The notes under the pieces are model-generated. The model worked only from the letters and a program-made list of their open reading frames with translations. It made no database searches and was not told the origin of the DNA. This document shows positions 41,829 through 54,548 of a DNA stretch of 64,000 nucleotides, piece by piece (within the stretch, counting starts at the first letter, position 1; each line of letters starts with the position of its first letter). This DNA is from Eledone cirrhosa (Eukaryota): positions 17,298,001-17,362,000 of the forward strand of contig OZ024754.1 of NCBI GenBank assembly GCA_964016885.1, read 5' to 3'. Both the position numbers and the translations under genes were made by a program.

Positions 41829-43238
41829 ATAATAATAAATTTGAAGACTAAAATCCAAAGAGGGCTCGATAAGGATAAATATATATCAAATATATAAGAA
41901 CCGTAGAGCAAATATTTATTAAAATAACAGATTAAAGTTTAAGCAAAGAATCGCTGATTTCACCCTTTACGGGATCTTCTGAAACTAACAAAGTCAATCT
42001 GTAAACGCAGAACTGGATATTTCAAAAAACGTTGCAACCGGAGGAAGACAGGAAGACGATACTTTGGTTCGTGGTAACGTTCGCTGGCAAAGAACGGGAA
42101 AAAACGAATATAATACGTCATTAATAGGAGCGGTGAAAAACAATTACGCGCAAAGACAGAATCACGTTTATGGTAAAAAAGAGGTCGTAGACTAATGTTC
42201 TCTTAGGTGGTGCATAGAGACGTTCTCTGGCAATGAACGAAAAAAACGAATTTACATGTAGGTATGCGTGTGCGCTTGTTATATACGTATTTATTTATTT
42301 ATATACGTTTATTTAATTATTTATTTATTTGTATACACGCACACACCCACACACATATTTATATGTGCGTGGTTTTGTATACCTATGGTAAGTGTTTTCG
42401 CCTATGCTTGTGTATGCGTGTATGTATTTATTTAATTTCTATTACCTCTGTATTGTATTTATTTACTTTATTCTTAACTCTGAAGCGGAGATTCATTCGG
42501 TTTCCTAGTTAGAATTTTAGTCTACGACTTCTGCTATACCATTTACGTGATTTTGTCGTTGCGTGCAATTGTTCTCCACACTCCACATATGACGTATTAT
42601 TAAAGTGTTCTTATTGTTGTCGTTGGGGGTGTTGTTGTCGTTGTTCTTGTTGGTGTTGTTGTTATCACTTTCGCTGTTATCATTGTTGTGTTTGGTGCCA
42701 CCGTTGTTCTCGGTGCAGTTGGTATTGTTGCTGTTGGTGTTGTCGCTATTTGTTTTTATGTTAGTGGTGTTGATATTGTTGTTGCATTTGTCATTTTTTT
42801 TTTGTTATCTGTATTTTTGTTGTCACTGTTACTGTCATTTTTTTCAAAATTAGAGTTCTCATTGGTATCATTGGTGTATTTGTTTACATTGTTTGTGGTG
42901 GTGTTTGTGTTATCAATTTCTGTTAACTTCGCCGTAGCGCTCCTCTCAACTTCTACGTCGTTATCGCACAACAGCAGACATATCCCTGGGGGGCGTGGCT
43001 CAGCCATATTTTTTTTGTGTTTTTTTTTTCTCGATAATTTTTTAAAATGTAAAAAAGTTCAAATATTTGGGCTAAAAGGCCCAAATATTATTCTTTCCCC
43101 TTCAAGGGCTTGTATACCTTACACAACAACAAAAAATTCAATAAATCAGTTTTGATAGGTAAATAAGTGAACTTACGGGAGCGAGCAAAAAGACGTCCGT
43201 TCAGACTCAATAATAATAATAAGAAATGACAATAATAA

Positions 43239-43336
<98 letters not shown>

Positions 43337-43423
43337 ATTGCAATGATGATTATAAGCGTAAAATAGCAATGAAAATACTAACAAGATGGCGAAAGTGAGG
43401 GAAGTGGTATGAAGAGAGGATAT

Positions 43424-45070
43424 GATAAGGGAGATACTGGTCAGAGTAATAAAATGGGATGAGGGGATAGTGGCGACATTCCAATATAAGGGAGTCACTG
43501 GTGAGAGTAATACAATGGGATGAGGGGATAGTGGCGACATTCCAATATAAGGGAGTCACTGGTGAGAGTAATACAATGGGATGAGGGGATAGTGGCGACA
43601 TTCCAATATAAGGGAGTTACTGGTCAGAGTAATAAAATGGGATGAGGGGGTAGTGGCGACATTCCAATATAAGGGAGGTACTGGTCAGAGTAATAAAATG
43701 GGATGAGGGGGGTAGTGGCGACATTCCAATATAAGGGAGTTACTGGTCAGAGTAATACAATGGGATGAGGGGATAGTGGCGACATTCCAATATAAGGGAG
43801 GTACTGGTGAGAGTAATACAATGGGATGAGGGGATAGTGGCGACATTCCAATATAAGGGAGGTACTGGTGAGAGTAATACAATGGGATGAGGGGATAGTG
43901 GCGACATTCCAATATAAGGGAGTTACTGGTCAGAGTAATAAAATGGGATGAGGGGGTAGTGGCGACATTCCAATATAAGGGAGTCACTGGTGAGAGTAAT
44001 ACAATGGGATGAGGGGATAGTGGCGACATTCCAATATAAGGGAGTCACTGGTGAGAGTAATACAATGGGATGAGGGGATAGTGGCGACATTCCAATATAA
44101 GGGAGTTACTGGTCAGAGTAATAAAATGGGATGAGGGGATAGTGGCGACATTCCAATATAAGGGAGTTACTGGTCAGAGTAATAAAATGGGATGAGGGGA
44201 TAGTGGCGACATTCCAATATAAGGGAGGTACTGGTCAGAGTAATACAATGGGATGAGGGGATAGTGGCGACATTCCAATATAAGGGAGTTACAGGTCAGA
44301 GTAATAAAATGGGATGAGGGGATAGTGGCGACATTCCAATATAAGGGAGTTACTGGTCAGAGTAATAAAATGGGATGAGGGGGTAGTGGCGACATTCCAA
44401 TATAAGGGAGGTACTGGTCAGAGTAATAAAATGGGATGAGGGGGGTAGTGGCGACATTCCAATATAAGGGAGTTACTGGTCAGAGTAATACAATGGGATG
44501 AGGGGATAGTGGCGACATTCCAATATAAGGGAGGTACTGGTGAGAGTAATACAATGGGATGAGGGGATAGTGGCGACATTCCAATATAAGGGAGGTACTG
44601 GTGAGAGTAATACAATGGGATGAGGGGATAGTGGCGACATTCCAATATAAGGGAGTTACTGGTCAGAGTAATAAAATGGGATGAGGGGGTAGTGGCGACA
44701 TTCCAATATAAGGGAGGTACTGGTCAGAGTAATAAAATGGGATGAGGGGATAGTGGCGACATTCCAATATATGGGAGTTACTGGTCAGAGTAATAAAATG
44801 GGATGAGGGGCGTAGTGGCGACATTCCAATATAAGGGAGCTACTGGTCAGAGTAATAAAATGGGATGAGGGGGTAGTGGCGACATTCCAATGTAAGGGAG
44901 GTACTGGTCAGAGTAATAAAATGGGATGAGGGGATAGTGGCGACATTCCAATATAAGGGAGTTACTGGTCAGAGTAATAAAAAGGGATGAGGGGATAGTG
45001 GCGACATTCCAATATAAGGGAGGTACTGGTCAGAGTAATAAAAGGGGTGAGGTAGTGGCGACATTCCAAT
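43424..45070. repeat. 61-bp tandem array, ~27 copies, preceded by (AGT)n at ~43238-43335
   Basis: Unit GGGAGTTACTGGTCAGAGTAATAAAATGGGATGAGGGGATAGTGGCGACATTCCAATATAA. Confidence 0.95.
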
Positions 45071-46144
45071 ACAGTGGGTTAATTAAATTCATGAATCGGC
45101 GAAGTATAAAATAAAGAATAAAAAATAAAGAATAAAAAATAAAGAATAAAAAGACAATAATAACAGACGGGTGATTAAGGTTGTGGTATTTTGAAGGAAT
45201 TATCTTAATGGAGGTGAAGATTGATGGTAGTGCTGCGTATGAAAGGATGTGTCTTTAAAAAGTTGAGGGACTGCCGATTGATTTAATTGGTCAACTGATA
45301 GTTAATTATAGTGAGGATGTGTAAAGTTGCTCCGTTGGCGTCTGTATAGTAGACATTCTAAATCCGGGTTGTTTTGAATGGATAATAAGATTGCCGGATC
45401 GAATCATGCTCGTCACGGTTTGTAGTTAGAGAATTTATATAATTATATGTATATCGGGTTGGTAGATACCTTCACCTTTTGATGCGAACAGTTCTATCAA
45501 CGGCTGTCTGGATGTTTGATAGTTATCACGATTCAGTTTGTACTTTTTCTTAATTTATTCTTTTAATTGAGTCTGGCAAACCGTATTGTTCATAGTTAGT
45601 ATCCTAGTAACCTTAGCGAATCTGGTCCCTTATGATTTGAACACATATATGTATATATCTGTGTTTATCTCTCTTTATGATATTAAATTACAATTATATA
45701 TATATATATATATCGTGAGCCTCCTTTTTTCAAGTAAAAAAAATTCAAACACTCATATATGAAAAAAACAACCTGTGACAACCCCCCCCCCCTTATTTGA
45801 AGAACTATTGTAACGCAAACTGGCGCGAAATTTATATTTATTATAATTATTGACAAACCAATCAAATTACTTCTCGAAAAACCTGGCATTTCGAGCCACT
45901 TTTTCCATATAAAACAAGTAACATTCAGAGACCAACCAGATGTGAGAAAAACCACAGACCCTCCATCTCAACTCACCTTTTGAAAGCAGAAGAACTGCGA
46001 AACCGGTAAAGGAACCAAATAAATATATATATATTTTTAAAAAATAAGACTCCAGTTGCATTTTCGATTTCATCTCTTTTTCTTTATACTTTCACTCGTG
46101 TAGGGACACCTCGGTTAGTTTTCATTTTGTAAAAAAAACCTCAC

Positions 46145-46212
<68 letters not shown>

Positions 46213-46375
46213 CGAAGGAAATGTGGTAAGGAACCAGGTGGACCATAACGCACCAAAGTACTCAATACTTAGGGTAGTAGAGTGGGTAATAGGAACGAGT
46301 AGGACCCCGACGGCTGAGCTCAAGCCGTTTCGACGGCTAATTCTGGACTAAAATTTAGTCGGGGTCCTACTCGTT

Positions 46376-46415
<40 letters not shown>

Positions 46416-46416
<1 letters not shown>

Positions 46417-47160
46417 CGATACATTAACGGAGCCATAGACTCTCGCCGTTCCCTGTAAATAATGTGCTCAAAGGAGAGGAAATCCTGAGCTCTTTAAAAT
46501 ACAATATGTTGAAAAGGTAACACACTAGAGAGAGATACAGTGCGCTATCAATAAAACAGGGAAAAACCACCAGTGTATGGAATCTATAACCTATGGAAGG
46601 CAGAGTATAGACACGATCATTAAAAACATAAATTAAAGCGTAAATAAATACCTCTATAACTATATAACACACGTACAAATCCAAAGTGATCTGTTTCGCC
46701 AGTAAGTTGTTGACAGAAATGAAATAACCCAGGTTCATCAGCGTGTGTAAGGCTATACATTTCAGACAACACTAAGAGAATTTTTAAAGCGACCGTCCAG
46801 CTACACGTGGGGAGAGAGAAGTCACAGCGTGTTTAAGGGCAGTGAACCAGTGGCCTCTGAGGGACGAGCTGCTAGAAAAGGTATCCCCAAACCACTCAGA
46901 GAAGTGTGCTCAACCAAACAGAGCGAGAGGAAAGACTGTTATAAGGAGCGAAATATCACGATACATTAACGGAGCCATAGACTCTCGCCGTTCCCTGTAA
47001 ATAATGTGCTCAAAGGAGAGGAAATCCTGAGCTCTTTAAAATACAATATGTTGAAAAGTAACACACTAGAGAGAGATACAGTGCGCTATCAATAAAACAG
47101 GGAAAAACCACCAGTGTATGAAATCTATAGCCCATGGAAGGCAGAGTATAGACACGATAA
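46416..47160 (-). mobile_element. Non-coding element with ~200-bp terminal direct repeats (period ~542 bp) and one HHR
   Basis: 46416-46620 repeats at 46958-47160; flanked by (TA)n and (TAA)/(TA)n. Confidence 0.8.
46667..46748 (-). ncRNA. Type-I hammerhead with full stems I and III
   Basis: ACACACG-CTGATGA-stem II (imperfect)-GAAA-CAGATC-actttg-GATTTG-TA-CGTGTGT. Confidence 0.85.
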
Positions 47161-47179
47161 TTAAAAATAATAATAATAA

Positions 47180-47269
<90 letters not shown>

Positions 47270-47329
47270 TATAAATATAATTATATATATATATAATTAT
47301 ATATATATATATAATTATATATATATATA

Positions 47330-47413
<84 letters not shown>

Positions 47414-47608
47414 TAATTATATAAATACAATTATATATATAATTATATATATATATTGTTATACTTTGGGAGGGTCATGTTGCCAATAAGAAACACACGG
47501 ACCAGTTGCTTTCACTTCAATTTATTATAATAAATTTATAATAAATTTATAAATTTATAAATTTCTGGTTGGTTGGTTGGTTCCACAACCAGATAGTTGT
47601 TTATATAT

Positions 47609-47653
47609 AGTCATAGTTCTTTCGTCACACACTCTGTGACCTCTTCAGTGACT
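47609..47653 (-). ncRNA. Minimal hammerhead with one extra nt after the core (copies 5453-5496 -, 48506-48549 +)
   Basis: AGTCA-CTGAAGA-G-GTCACA-gagtg-TGTGAC-GAAA-GAAC-TA-TGACT. Confidence 0.75.
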
Positions 47654-47856
47654 GGGGATTCCTTTCTTTGTTTCTGTGCCTCTCCTTTATTTATATATAT
47701 ATTATTTGCTTTACGGTTCTTATATATTTGATATATATTTATCCTTATCGAGCCCTTTTTGGAGTTTAGTCTTCAAATTTATTATTATTACTATATATAA
47801 TTATATATATATATATAATTTTATATATATATATATATATATAGTGTAAGAAGGTA

Positions 47857-48057
47857 ANNNNNNNNNNNNNNNNNNNNNNNNNNNNNNNNNNNNNNNNNNN
47901 NNNNNNNNNNNNNNNNNNNNNNNNNNNNNNNNNNNNNNNNNNNNNNNNNNNNNNNNNNNNNNNNNNNNNNNNNNNNNNNNNNNNNNNNNNNNNNNNNNNN
48001 NNNNNNNNNNNNNNNNNNNNNNNNNNNNNNNNNNNNNNNNNNNNNNNNNNNNNNNNN
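47857..48057. other. Assembly gap
   Basis: Run of N. Confidence 1.
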
Positions 48058-48088
48058 TCTACTTAGTAGAGCATTCAGATCTCCCCCC

Positions 48089-48121
<33 letters not shown>

Positions 48122-48203
48122 GCTCGCTCGCTCTCTCTCTCTCTCTCTCCCCCCTTCTTCCACAATCGAAGCATTACACAATGAAATCCATAGAATCAAA
48201 AAA

Positions 48204-48242
<39 letters not shown>

Positions 48243-48788
48243 TGTGTGTGTGTGTATATATATATATATAGAGAGAGAGAAACGATCACCGTTAAGGGTG
48301 AAAGCAGCGATTCTTTGCTTAAACTTTAATCTGTTATTTTAATAAATATATATATATATATATATTGTTATGCTTTGGGAGGGTCATGTTGCCAATAAGA
48401 AACACACGCACCAGTTGCTTTCACTCCAATTTATTATAAATTAAATTTATAAATTTAAGAATTTAAGAACAAAGGAGAGGCACAAAAACAAAGAAAAGTA
48501 TCCCCAGTCACTGAAGAGGTCACAGAATGTGTGACGAAAGAACTTTGATAATATATGAACAATCGTCTGGTTGTGGAACCAACCAACCAGAAATTTATAA
48601 ATTCTTAAATTTATAAATTTAATTTATAATAAATTGGAGTGAAAGCTTCTAGAGCGTGTGTTTCATATTGGCAACATGACCCTCCCAAAGCATAACAATA
48701 TCGGTTTCAACACACGTTTTCAGATAAAGAATCTTGCTAAACAAATTCAGAAATGAAATATATATATATATATATATCATGATATTAA

Positions 48789-48836
<48 letters not shown>

Positions 48837-48978
48837 CCAAAAGTTAAACAAGGTTCATTGATTAATCAATGAATACAGTTTTACAATAGATTAGAAGCAC
48901 TCAACAATTAAGTTTTCTGGAGTTATTAATATTAATTCAAAATATTAATAAATATAGACATTCATGTAATCAAATATA

Positions 48979-49040
48979 TTTTATTATACATATTTCAGAG
49001 GTACTGAGCTATTTCATCAATACGTCCTCATCAGATAAAA
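48979..49040 (-). ncRNA. Hammerhead motif
   Basis: TTTTAT-CTGATGA-weak stem II-GAAA-TATGTA-TA-ATAAAA. Confidence 0.6.
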
Positions 49041-50220
49041 TAAATTGATGTCTGACATACCTCAACTGTGCTGATGGTTCAATTCCAGTCTTGCCAGTGA
49101 TTAGTTATGACAAAACTCAATATTTATACACCATGAATAGTAACATGACAAACTACATATAATGGAGAGGGTGAGTAGGAAAACGTGTAGAAAAAAATAA
49201 AATAAATACATATATAGATAAGTAAAATACATAAATACATAAGTACATAACTGTTAAATATTTAAATAATTAAATACGCAAATATCCATATTAGAGAAAA
49301 AAATAAATGAGAGAGAGAGAGAGAGTTAAATAGAGGAGAAAAGGAGAAGATAGAGAGATGAAGATAAAAACGAAAGGAGATATAGATGGTATAAAATAAT
49401 TACTTAAGGAGAATAGAGGTATATGATGCGTGACTGTTTTTTTTTCAAACATTCAGTTAGGTAGAAACGATCAATTAATTACGGTGAAATTTATACTCTA
49501 TAATATTTGAAAGAAATTATAATATTATATTATATCAAAATTAAAACAGTATAAAGTGATATAAGATAATATGACATATTCTCAAAGATAATCTGGAGCA
49601 TATTTAAATTAGTAAATACATTCAATAATTTAGTTATAAAATTCAAAATTCAAAATATTATTAACTAACAATGGTGCTTACAAATATAGTAAATATGATA
49701 TTATTTTACTTAACTTATTTAGATATTAGCATCTGTATAAGCATTTTATATAAACAATACTATTTAAATCGATATTTGTCAATTACATATAGGATTAATT
49801 ATTAGTTATATTTACACTTGAGAGTATTATTATTTCGATTCAACCAAATTTTACTGTATTCAATACTATAAATCAAGTTAAATACAGATTATTAATTAAT
49901 TTAGATAAAACGAAACTTATACACGATAAATGTAAACAATATCTCCGTACGACGTATCTAAACGTTTAAATTAATTAAACTGTTTGAAAGTCTGAAGATA
50001 TTACAGATCTCAAATTTATAAAATACAGGATTTAAAAAGAGGATTCTAAATTGAAACTAAAGGTATTTAACCAATCAAGAGATTATCATACTCTTTTAAA
50101 GAACAGGTATGCATTTCCTAAGGTGAGGTAGAGACATTATACACAACATCAATAATAGCAATTTTCAAAGGAAACTTCAATACTTATATATATATATATA
50201 TATATATGCGTGTGTGTGTG

Positions 50221-50263
<43 letters not shown>

Positions 50264-50568
50264 AAAGAGTAGAGAAGAAAACGATTTTTTTAGTAGAGAA
50301 TGCTGAAGAGATTCTTTCAGTATAATATCAACACATTTATATATTTATAAATAAAGTGGATATTTCCGCATTTAATGATACCGGTTTCAGCATTATATGC
50401 GTTTTCACCTGCGGATATGCATAAAGTAGTTATGTTGCATATTTATACGAATAATAAAAAGGGAAAGAAAATAATTAGTTTTTACATACATATTTAGAGA
50501 GGAAAGTTCATATCTCTGTCCGTGTTTCTCCTTCTGCATATATATGCATATACTTATATATATTCTAT

Positions 50569-50925
50569 TCTAAGGCGGGTAAAATTCCCGAGATACATGG
50601 ACGAGTTCTCTCCAGCGGTCTCTGTCCCTCATTATCGCTGCCATGTCCTGCATCTCCAACAGACCAGTGTCTGTCCTTAGGGCATCAACATACGTTAACC
50701 TTGGTCTTCCTCTTCTAGTGTGTCCATGTAGGGGCTCCCAAAGGAGTACTGAGTGCAATGTCAACAGATGGTGGATGGGTGCTACACGAGAATGCTGAGG
50801 ATGGCTCTGAACATTAATCAGTATACACTGAGGATGAAAAACTCAGAGCTGTATGGGAGCATCCCAAAAGTCAGCTCAAAAGTGACACAGAGGAGACTGA
50901 GGTTAGCTGGACATGCTCACCGACT
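50569..50925. mobile_element. RTE-group LINE 3' fragment with internal inversion
   Basis: Minus 50569-50752 SVLLWEP..RRGRPRLTYVD; plus 50753-50925 [21 protein letters not shown]. Confidence 0.85.
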
Positions 50926-51034
<109 letters not shown>

Positions 51035-51052
51035 ATACATATATATATATAT

Positions 51053-51139
<87 letters not shown>

Positions 51140-51158
51140 CATACATACATACATACAT

Positions 51159-51361
<203 letters not shown>

Positions 51362-51512
51362 CATAAGGATTAGAATACTGGAGCGTGTTTGAGTCAAACA
51401 CCCTCTTCGTATTATAGAAATGACAGTAAAAGGTATAGCTCAATGCAGTTAAACAGAGCCAAACAATTAAGAGAGTAAAACAAAGAATCCTTTAATACAT
51501 CAAAAGTTTTTA

Positions 51513-51557
51513 TTAGCCGACAATGTTTCGTCCTATTAAGGACTCATCAGGGCAATC
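51513..51557 (-). ncRNA. Canonical minimal type-I hammerhead
   Basis: GCC-CTGATGA-GTCC-ttaata-GGAC-GAAA-CATTG-TC-GGC. Confidence 0.9.
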
Positions 51558-53763
51558 AAAACAACAAGAGGTAATATCGGCAGATACAAGTCAGAAACTC
51601 TGAAGAATATGGAGTGTACATACACTAATGTCTTACAAAGATATACGATAATAAAAATGAAAATAAAGATAAAAATAATAAAAATATATAATAAGAATAA
51701 CTAAGGACGTAGATAACATTAAGAACCATATTACAAATATAGTCCAAAGCAACCAACCTAAATCTAAACAAATTTGGTTATATAGAGCAGGAATTATATA
51801 CAACACAATATAATGCATTATAATAATAATATACTTTTACCAACAATAAAATTCAAAATTAAAAATCAAAAGGTACAATATATACATGTATATATGTGCG
51901 CACACACACATATAACAACACACATATCTATGTTCGACTACACAGAAATTAAGCCCTATTAGAAGTTTGAATATTAAAAATAAGCATGGTAATAGTGAAA
52001 ATAATACTAATACATCTACCCAATACACATGAGGCAATAATACGATATAATTACAAGAAACACATATAACAAATAATAAACAACAAAATTATATAATTCA
52101 ATATAATATAATAAAATAGAATAGATAATCCCCGGTTAATTTACAGAAACAATATAGATGTCACAATGAAATACAATGATAAAATGTTAACAGTATATTA
52201 ACATGTACCAAAAACAATATATACAAATTGATTCATACTGGGTTACAGAATAAATGAGGAAATATAAATCATATAATACTCAAAAAAACTATAATGGCAC
52301 AGGGAAAAATTATGATGTTACAGAAAAAAATATGATGTTACAGAAAAAAATATACAGACATCTAACATGATATGTAAAGTCTAAATATCATAATGTTACA
52401 TATTATAATATTAAAAAAATCCAGACATCTTACATGATATATAAAGTTTAAATATCATAATGTTACATTTAATGAACAGTAAGTAATAATGATCTATATA
52501 ACATACAATATAATATAATATATTTTAAAATTGGCATAAAATATATAAATACTTATAATTACAAGGTTAGTAGACAGACATATGTGGATGAGTGAGCGAA
52601 GCCAGACAGTGAATAGTAAATAGAATATAGAATAAAACAAATAAATACAATCAACCGGAAATTACAAAACAAAAGCAAATGTATACACATTTAGGCCTCG
52701 CGTGTATTTAAGAAATTAGGTAAACACCAAGGAAAGCAATCATTTTAAATGACTCCATACCCTATTTGATAAATTAATATTAAAAATATCGAACCCGTCC
52801 AATAAGGTAGTATAATATTAGCTGTAGTTTAAGTCATTAAAGTATATAAACTTTAATGTATCGTTACAAATGTTTACAAAAAGGAATAAAATTATACTAT
52901 CATATACGCAACGATATCTAAAAAACTGACTTAAGTAAAGTTAAGGTAGGCTAATGGGGACAGAATTGACAAAATATATGGAGGGTGCGAAGTGGCATAA
53001 AATATATTCGATATACTATAATAAATAATAGAACGGAGCATAAAAGAGGGGGGGGGTTAAATATAATCATATTCAATCTGGAGGGGTTGACAATAAGTTT
53101 ATGTGTGCATGGGGGGGGGGGGAGAATATATATATATATATATTAAGTTAAAAATGTACATCCACATATGTATACTGAAATACTAGTATGCATATGAATA
53201 CACACACGTATACATATGTAGATGTACCAAGTTTTTCACTGATCACTTTACTGTGAGTGTCCAGCTATTCTGTATGTAAACACACAGACAAACCGGTTTT
53301 TAGAGTCATACTGGTTTTTGAGGAAACACCTTTCCTCTATTCTCCAGAAAGCCAGACACTACTAATTTTCATAGAAAAAGCATATAACGATATGTGCTTT
53401 AACGATTCTCCAGAAAGGCCGGAAGATAGGTAAATATTGCTGATGAGTTGTAACAACAACGAAACTAGTTCAATATTCCTTGTCTGGCTTTCTAGAGAAT
53501 AGAGGAAAGGTGTTTCCTCAAAAACCAGTATGACTCTAAAAACCGGTTTGTCTGTGTGTTTACATACAGAATAGCTGGACACTCACAGTAAAGTGACCAG
53601 TGAAAAACTTGGTACATCTACATATGTATACGTGTGTGTATTCATATGCATACTAGTATTTCAGTATACATATGTGGATGTACATTTTTAACTTAATTGT
53701 TTAAGCGTCAGTCATACAAAAGTGAGTTACAAACGAAACGAAATTTAATTTCGTTTCGTTATT

Positions 53764-53882
<119 letters not shown>

Positions 53883-54080
53883 GATATATATGTATATACA
53901 TATATATATACATATATATGTATATACATATATATATATATATGTATATACCTATATATATGTATATACCTATATATATATATATATATACATATATATG
54001 TATATACATATATATATGTATATACATATATATATGTATATATATATGTATATGTATATATGTATATATGTATATATATA

Positions 54081-54475
54081 TACGAGGGCAATCCCAAAAG
54101 TAAGATCTCCTTCCGATATTGCAACTTTTCCTTTAAAATCCTGTGGATGGTGCTTCGGGAAAACCTCAGGAACCAAAATGCAGAGAGCATCCAGAGTGAT
54201 CCACCGATCTTTACGCATGTTTTCCTCGGAAGGAGACCTTATTTTTGGGATTGCCCTCTATATAATAACTGCGCGGAATTCGCACTTGGCGGTAGCGTTC
54301 AACGGGAGCTCCATTCTCAACGGCTGCCAAGCCAAGATTGAGCATCCCAGCGAAGCGCGCGCATGCTTGTTTGGGAGTGAAGGAAGCACCAATCACAACA
54401 GCGCTGCCAACATCCGTACGAACAGTTTCGCTGTGTCCCTATTGCTTTGGAGACCTTGCTTTTGGGATTACCCTC

Positions 54476-54478
<3 letters not shown>
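54081..54478. mobile_element. Tc1/mariner-type MITE with ~30-bp TIRs in a TA site; extra internal TIR at ~54232-54260
   Basis: TACGAGGGCAATCCCAAAAGTAAGATCTCC ... GGAGACCTTGCTTTTGGGATTACCCTCGTA. Confidence 0.8.

Positions 54479-54548
<70 letters not shown>

Noticed and set aside
43424-45070. 61-bp repeat as a CRISPR or tandem ribozyme array
   Set aside because: No variable spacers; no HHR core found on either strand
50365-50415. Possible HHR on the minus strand (GCA-tataa-TGC-T-GAAA-CCGG-TA)
   Set aside because: Core reads GTGAAAAC and stem I is not contiguous; at best a decayed copy
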